A stretch of 64,000 bases of DNA, from the NCBI GenBank assembly GCA_013152925.1, contig JAADFK010000085.1, forward strand, positions 1,448 to 65,447. The letters are read 5' to 3'. The notes below the pieces were generated by a model. It saw only the letters and a list, made by a program, of their open reading frames with translations. It was not told the DNA's origin and did not search any database. Both the position numbers and the translations under genes were made by a program. The DNA comes from Acidobacteriota bacterium. Lineage in GTDB: Bacteria; Acidobacteriota; Thermoanaerobaculia; Thermoanaerobaculales; Sulfomarinibacteraceae. Position 1 is the stretch's first letter; each line of letters opens with the position of its first letter. Shown piece after piece: positions 59,203 through 64,000 of this stretch.

Positions 59203-60909
59203 GTGCTGGAGCGTCTGGAAGTCCGTGGGCTCGGGATCATCGACCGGGTGGTCGTGGAGCCCCCGCGCGGCCTGGTGGCCCTGACGGGGGAGACCGGCGC
59301 GGGCAAGTCGTTGCTGGTGGAATCGCTCAAGCTGCTGGCGGGTCAGCGGGCGCAGGCCGAGATGGTGCGGACGGGAGATTCCCTGCTCCGGGTGGAGGGC
59401 TGGTTCGAGCAACCCCTGGCACCGGGGGCGACAACGCTCCTCAGCGAGCTGGGCGTATCCATGGGCGAAGAGGGCCTGGTCATCCGCCGGGAGGTCGGTG
59501 CCTCGGGGCGGAGCCGCGCCTGGATCAACGACACACCGGTGACGGCCGCTGCGCTGCAACGGCTGGCGCCCCACCTGATGGCCATCCACGGCCAGCACGA
59601 GCAGTACGGCCTGGCCTCCCCGGCGGTGCAGCGCCGGCTGGTGGACGAGCTTGCCGGCCACGGAGAGCTCCTCGGGGAGGTGGCCGCCGCCTGGGAACGG
59701 TGGGAGACCGCAGCGGGCCGGGTCCGTGAGCTGGAGAGCGCCCGCGCGCGGCGCCGGGACCGCCTGGACGCCATCACCTTCCAGCTGGCCGAGATCGACG
59801 AGACCGCACCACGGGCCGGCGAGTACGAGGAGCTCGAGCGGCGCCGTCTTCAGCTCCGGAACGCGGTCCGGATCGCCGAGCTCCGTGCAGCCCTGCTCGC
59901 CGGCCTGGCCGATGGCGAGGACGCGGCCCTCGACCGGCTGGCCCGCGCCGAACGGGAGCTGGCCGAGCTTTCGGGGTGCGGCCTCCCCCTGGGAGAGGCC
60001 GTGCAGCGTCTGGCCGAGGCCCGCATGCTGGTGGAGGAGGCCATCCGCGAGGTCCAGGGCGTCGGCGTGGAGCCTGGCGAGGGCCCCGGCGATCTCGACG
60101 CGGTGGAGAGCCGCCTCCACCGTCTGGAGCAGCTGATGCTCAAGTACGGCTCACCCCTGGAGGCCGTGCTCGAGCATCGTGAGGCCCTGCTGGCCGAACG
60201 CGGTGAGCTGCTGGCCATCGAGGACACCCTGGAGGCGGCGCGGCGGGCGGTGGTGGAATCCCTGGAGGCGTACGACACCGCTGCATCCGCCCTGGAAGGC
60301 TCACGGCGGCGGGCCGGCGAGGAGCTTCTCGGGGCCGTGGCGGCGATCCTCGGGCGCCTGGCCATGGCCGGCACGCGGCTCGAGCTCAGGTGGGAGGCCG
60401 TCCCCGCGCCCTCGAGCCCGCTCCTCCGCGACGGCGTACCGGTCCGCTTCGGTCCCGAGGGCGTGGAGGAGTGCGAGCTCCTGATCGCCGCCAACCCCGG
60501 CGAGGAGCTCCGTCCCCTTGGCCGGATCGCGTCGGGGGGCGAGCTCTCCCGGGTCCATCTGGCCCTGCGAACGGCCCTGCGGGGCCGTCGCTCCGGCGGC
60601 AGCCTGACCCTCCTCTTCGACGAGGTGGACGCCGGGCTGGGCGGCGGTGCGGCCTCCGCGCTGGGCTCGGTTCTCGAGGAGCTGGCCCGCGAGGACCAGG
60701 TCTTGGTGGTGACCCACCTGCCCCAGGTGGCGGCCCGCGCCGGCGCCCAGCTCCTGGTGGAGAAGGTGCCCGACGGCGGCAGGACCGTCACCCGCGTCCG
60801 GGCCCTGGGCAAGGAAGAACGGATCGGGGAGATCGCCCGCATGGTGTCCGGCGAGGAGATCGGCCCCTCGGCCCTGGAGCACGCTCGCGCTCTCCTGGAA
60901 GGCCGATGA
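59203..60909 (+). CDS. recN: DNA repair protein RecN
   Basis: In-frame GTG 59203 gives VLERLEVRGLGIIDRVVVEPPRGLVALTGETGAGKSLLVESLKLLAG (RecN N-terminus with Walker A). Long coiled coil. C-terminal SGGELSRVHLAL and LLFDEVDAGLGG. Confidence 0.9.
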   Translation: MLERLEVRGLGIIDRVVVEPPRGLVALTGETGAGKSLLVESLKLLAGQRAQAEMVRTGDSLLRVEGWFEQPLAPGATTLLSELGVSMGEEGLVIRREVGASGRSRAWINDTPVTAAALQRLAPHLMAIHGQHEQYGLASPAVQRRLVDELAGHGELLGEVAAAWERWETAAGRVRELESARARRRDRLDAITFQLAEIDETAPRAGEYEELERRRLQLRNAVRIAELRAALLAGLADGEDAALDRLARAERELAELSGCGLPLGEAVQRLAEARMLVEEAIREVQGVGVEPGEGPGDLDAVESRLHRLEQLMLKYGSPLEAVLEHREALLAERGELLAIEDTLEAARRAVVESLEAYDTAASALEGSRRRAGEELLGAVAAILGRLAMAGTRLELRWEAVPAPSSPLLRDGVPVRFGPEGVEECELLIAANPGEELRPLGRIASGGELSRVHLALRTALRGRRSGGSLTLLFDEVDAGLGGGAASALGSVLEELAREDQVLVVTHLPQVAARAGAQLLVEKVPDGGRTVTRVRALGKEERIGEIARMVSGEEIGPSALEHARALLEGR

Positions 60910-61499
60910 GGATCGAAGCCTTCCGGGATGGAGACGACGTTCGGCGCGTGGCCGGACTCGTGAGCCGCGTGATCGGGGCCGGCGGTGTTGTGCTGCTGCC
61001 CACCGAGACCTACTACGGGCTGGCCGCCGCTCCGGGCTCGGGCGCAGGGGTCGACAGGGTCTTCCGGCTCAAGGACCGTTCCGCGGCACGCCCGCTCCTG
61101 GTGCTCTGTGCCGACTGGGAGCAGGTGGAGGCCCTGGTGGAGGTTCCTCCGGCCTGGCGTCTCCGGCTCTCCCGGACCTGGCCCGGGCCGTTGACGGCCA
61201 TTCTTCCGTCGCGGCGCCAGCTGGCGGCGGCCCCTTCGGGCAACCTGGCCGTTCGTATCCCGGGGAGCCCGCTTCTCCGCGCCCTGCTGTACCGCGTGGG
61301 ACCCGTCACCGGTACCTCGGCCAACCGCTCGGGGCGCCCGGCCCACACGAGGGCCCTGGAGGCCGCGACCGATCTGGCAGGCGAGCCGGACCTGGTGCTC
61401 GACGGTGGCGAGACCGCGGGGGGGCCTCCGAGCACGCTGGTCGACCTCAGCGGGGGCGAGCCCAGGGTGCTGCGAGTCGGTCCTGCACCCTGGAGCTAG
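60906..61499 (+). CDS. tsaC: L-threonylcarbamoyladenylate synthase (YrdC/TsaC type)
   Basis: 197 aa: VVLLPTETYYGLAA...FRLKDRSAARPLLVL...TWPGPLTAIL...VRIPGSPLLRALL...GPVTGTSANRSG. ATGA overlap with the recN stop. Confidence 0.85.
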   Translation: MRIEAFRDGDDVRRVAGLVSRVIGAGGVVLLPTETYYGLAAAPGSGAGVDRVFRLKDRSAARPLLVLCADWEQVEALVEVPPAWRLRLSRTWPGPLTAILPSRRQLAAAPSGNLAVRIPGSPLLRALLYRVGPVTGTSANRSGRPAHTRALEAATDLAGEPDLVLDGGETAGGPPSTLVDLSGGEPRVLRVGPAPWS

Positions 61500-61648
61500 C
61501 CGGTTCCCATCGACAAGGCTGAGGAGGAACCCGTTGCGCAGGACCGTCGCAGGTGTGCCAGTGAAATGTGAGAATCCGACCGTGTGAGAACGCCGAATTC
61601 CGGTTGCCAAGCACCACTCCATGGGCGCTCCGATATCCAATCGCAGTG

Positions 61649-61684
61649 TGTGGAAAACCCTGTGGAAAACCCTGTCAAAAACTC
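61649..61684. repeat. Tandem 12-mers TGTGGAAAACCC x2 plus degenerate third copy in a low-GC intergenic region
   Basis: TGTGGAAAACCC at 61649-61660 and 61661-61672, then TGTCAAAAACTC at 61673-61684. A further TGTGGAAATC lies at 61731-61740. Confidence 0.85.
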
Positions 61685-61969
61685 GTTAAGCTCATGTAAA
61701 GAGCGTACTTGTCTTTCCAGGTGGGGGTACTGTGGAAATCTCCTAACTATCTGATTGAACGACACTTACATCTAAGTCACTGATGGACCGCGCGTTGCAA
61801 AATGGAAATCCGGCGGCGAGTTCCACAAGGTGTGCCATTGTGGACCTTTCCGGGCGCCGGATCGCTCCGGAATCCGGGACGGCCAGAGCGTTCCGGTCCA
61901 TCTTCCTGCCTTGCCGGAAGATAGGGCCTGTGGTAGCGTTCGACCGGTCGCCTGGGGGAGGGTTCGCAG

Positions 61970-62527
61970 ATGTTGGTTCGATCGATCGACGGCAGGACGC
62001 CGCGGCTCGGACGGCGGGTCTTCGGGGCCGAGACGGCCCTGGTGTTGGGGGACGTCACACTCGAGGACGACGTTTCCCTCTGGTACAACGCCGTCGTCCG
62101 GGGCGACATTCACTGGATCCGTATCGGCGCCCGTTCCAACCTCCAGGACGGCGTCATCGTCCACGTGGAGAACGGCCAGTGGCCGGCGGTGCTGGGCGAG
62201 GAGGTCAGCGTGGGCCACGGCGCCATACTTCACGGCTGCACCATCGGGGCGCGCTGCCTCGTCGGCATGGGCGCCATCGTCATGAACGGCGCCGAGATCG
62301 GCGAGGGCTCCATCATCGCCGCCGGCGCCGTGGTCCGGGAGGGCTTTGCGGCGCCGCCCCGGCGCCTGCTGGCCGGCGTTCCCGCCGTGATCAAGCGGGC
62401 CGTCGACGACGAGGAGTACGACCGCATCGTGGCAACGGCCCGCCACTACCTGGAGTACAAGAGCCGTTACCTGGCCGGAGCGGTACGGCCGGCCGAGGCC
62501 GCGGAGCTGACCGGGGAGGAACGATGA
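61970..62527 (+). CDS. Gamma-carbonic-anhydrase-like / hexapeptide-repeat protein (YrdA/PaaY-like)
   Basis: 185 aa: left-handed beta-helix hexapeptide pattern (VSLWYNAVVRGD...IRIGARSNLQDGVIVH...VSVGHGAILHGCTIG...LVGMGAIVMNGAEIGEGSIIAAGAVV). SD GGGGGAGGG upstream. Confidence 0.8.
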   Translation: MLVRSIDGRTPRLGRRVFGAETALVLGDVTLEDDVSLWYNAVVRGDIHWIRIGARSNLQDGVIVHVENGQWPAVLGEEVSVGHGAILHGCTIGARCLVGMGAIVMNGAEIGEGSIIAAGAVVREGFAAPPRRLLAGVPAVIKRAVDDEEYDRIVATARHYLEYKSRYLAGAVRPAEAAELTGEER

Positions 62528-63771
62528 TCCGCAAGGTCAAGGGAACCCGTGATATCCTGCCGCCCGATTCCCGCCTTTGGGCCGGCGTCGAAGCCGAGGC
62601 CCTGCGGATCTTCTCGAGCTTCGGCTACGACGAGATCCGCCTTCCGGTCCTTGAGCCGACGGATCTCTTCGTCCGCTCCGTCGGGGAGGGCACGGACATC
62701 GTCTCCAAGGAGATGTACACCTTCTCCGATCCCAAGGGCCGTTCCCTGACCCTGCGGCCCGAGGGCACCGCCGGCGTGGCGCGGGCCTACATCGAAAACG
62801 GGCTGGGGCAGCGGCCCCAGCCTCTCCGGCTGGCCTACATGGGTCCCATGTTCCGGTACGAAAAGATGCAACGCGGGCGCTACCGGCAGTTCTCCCAGAT
62901 CGGGATCGAGCTGCTGGGGTCCTCCACGCCCGAGGCCGACGTCGAGGTGATCCTGGCCCTCCACACTTTCCTGGCGGTCCTGGGCTTCGACGACCTGGTC
63001 ATCGTCCTCAACAACCTGGGCGACCCGGAGGACCGGCAGCGGTACATCGCCCTGCTCAAGAAGGAGCTGGCCCCGCACCGGGAGCGCCTCTGTGGCGACT
63101 GCCAGCGGCGCTGGGACGAAAATCCCCTCCGTATCCTCGACTGCAAGGTCCCGTCCTGCCGGGAGATCGTCGAGGACACCACGCCGGTGGCCGAGGCCGC
63201 CTCGGCGGAGTCCCGGGCCCACGTGGACGCCGTGGAGCTGGAGCTGGCAGACCTGGGCATCACCGTCCGGCGCGCTCCGCGCCTGGTGCGGGGTCTCGAC
63301 TACTATCTTCGGACGGTCTTCGAGGTGATCTCGCCCGAGCTCGGCGAGAACACGGTTCTCTGCGGCGGCGGCCGCTACGATCGGCTGATCGCCGACCTCG
63401 GCGGCCCCCAGGTGCCGGGCATCGGCTTCGCCATCGGCGAGGACCGCCTCATCGAAGTCCTTCCCGCCGCGGCCCGGGATCGGTTCCTGGGAGAGCGCGC
63501 GGTGGTCCTCCTCCCCGTGGCCGAGGGCGCGGCCGCCGTGGCCCTGGGCCTGGCCCGCGACCTGGCCCTGGCCGGGATCCGTGCCGAGGTCGAGGTGACG
63601 GGACGCTCCCTGAGGGCCGGCCTCAAGTGGGCCGCCAAGCTGGGCGCCCGCGCGGTCGTGATCCTCGGAGAGGACGAGCTGGCAGCCGGCGAGGCCGCCC
63701 TCCGGCACATGGACGCCGGCGAGCAGGAGCGCGTTCCGCTGGAGCGCCTTCGCGAGGCCCTTGTCCCGTGA
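62524..63771 (+). CDS. hisS: Histidine--tRNA ligase
   Basis: 415 aa from ATG 62524 (ATGA overlap with the upstream stop): KGTRDILP, LRPEGTAGVARAY, RLAYMGPMFRYEKMQRGRYRQFSQIGIELLG, CGGGRYD, and a C-terminal anticodon-binding domain. Confidence 0.93.
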   Translation: MIRKVKGTRDILPPDSRLWAGVEAEALRIFSSFGYDEIRLPVLEPTDLFVRSVGEGTDIVSKEMYTFSDPKGRSLTLRPEGTAGVARAYIENGLGQRPQPLRLAYMGPMFRYEKMQRGRYRQFSQIGIELLGSSTPEADVEVILALHTFLAVLGFDDLVIVLNNLGDPEDRQRYIALLKKELAPHRERLCGDCQRRWDENPLRILDCKVPSCREIVEDTTPVAEAASAESRAHVDAVELELADLGITVRRAPRLVRGLDYYLRTVFEVISPELGENTVLCGGGRYDRLIADLGGPQVPGIGFAIGEDRLIEVLPAAARDRFLGERAVVLLPVAEGAAAVALGLARDLALAGIRAEVEVTGRSLRAGLKWAAKLGARAVVILGEDELAAGEAALRHMDAGEQERVPLERLREALVP

Positions 63772-63912
63772 GAGGGGAGACGGGCGAGCCACGCGCGGTG
63801 AGCTCCACTGCGTCCATCGAGCACCCGGCTGACCTCCTGTGGAGCGTCCCGGGGGGCGTCCTGCACATGGGCCGGCGGTCCGGCACCCTCTTTGGGTCTT
63901 TGGAGCGAGGAG

Positions 63913-63941
63913 TTGACAGGGGGCCCGAGCTCCGCTACGTT
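63913..63941 (+). promoter_or_regulatory. Sigma-70-like promoter TTGACA-N17-TACGTT
   Basis: TTGACA at 63913-63918, a 17-nt spacer, TACGTT at 63936-63941. An ATG follows 6 nt later (63948) and opens a frame that runs off the window. Confidence 0.35.
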
Positions 63942-64000
63942 CAGACCATGAGGTTGACCGCACGGTATCACCATCATCATCGGAACCCCTCGAGGGCCGG

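Noticed and set aside
58720-61640. Long minus-strand ORFs 58720..60120 (466 aa) and 59850..61640 (596 aa)
   Set aside because: They are antisense to recN and tsaC, which have unambiguous signatures. The translations are Arg/Pro/Gly/Ser-rich without motifs.
61496-61765. 89-aa minus-strand ORF spanning the TGTGGAAAACCC repeats
   Set aside because: Its codon usage is unlike all confident genes, it overlaps the tsaC stop, part of its sequence is just the tandem repeat translated (GFSTGFST), and it shows no recognisable family.

Overview
GC-rich bacterial chromosomal window from a diderm (lpxC is present) with dense sigma-54/EBP and Ser/Thr-phosphorylation content. A Myxococcota- or Acidobacteriota-like origin is only an inference. 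All calls come from reading the ORF translations and the DNA by eye, with no searches run. The left flank holds RDD and TPR membrane proteins, a DUF4390/NtrY/NtrX-like operon, a periplasmic ferritin-like (DUF2202) gene with a sigma-54 promoter, a second HK/sigma-54 response-regulator pair, lpxC (with an exact sigma-54 promoter just upstream), a GAF/HD-GYP protein, smpB and uvrA. The right flank holds a cupin, recN, tsaC, a gamma-carbonic-anhydrase-like protein and hisS. Between uvrA and recN (about 17.8-58.3 kb) lies a visibly lower-GC accessory block. Its core is a tightly packed minus-strand gene train of about 33 kb (57.4 to 22.2 kb). An FHA-GAF-sigma-54 activator gene is followed by an exact sigma-54 promoter. 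Downstream come a 2874-aa cadherin/Ig-like giant protein, a large lipoprotein, a dual-FHA/FG-GAP-propeller membrane protein, a membrane PP2C phosphatase, a Ser/Thr kinase and a FadL-like OM barrel. These are followed by PT-linker secreted proteins, a cytoplasmic vWA protein, an atypical kinase-like protein, a ~16-TM protein, a secreted protein with two GspG-like modules and an HExxH protein. No core genes of known secretion, pilus or gliding machines are present, so I flag this as the candidate undescribed system. Other notable items are a thioredoxin-fold gene with an in-frame UGA at the CxxC position plus a SECIS-like hairpin (candidate selenoprotein), a G12 tract inside an operon gene, a perfect 9-bp x8 tandem repeat, a frameshifted GspG-tail gene, and a non-canonical GAFTGA loop in the operon's activator. 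No rRNA, tRNA, CRISPR, transposase or integrase was recognised.
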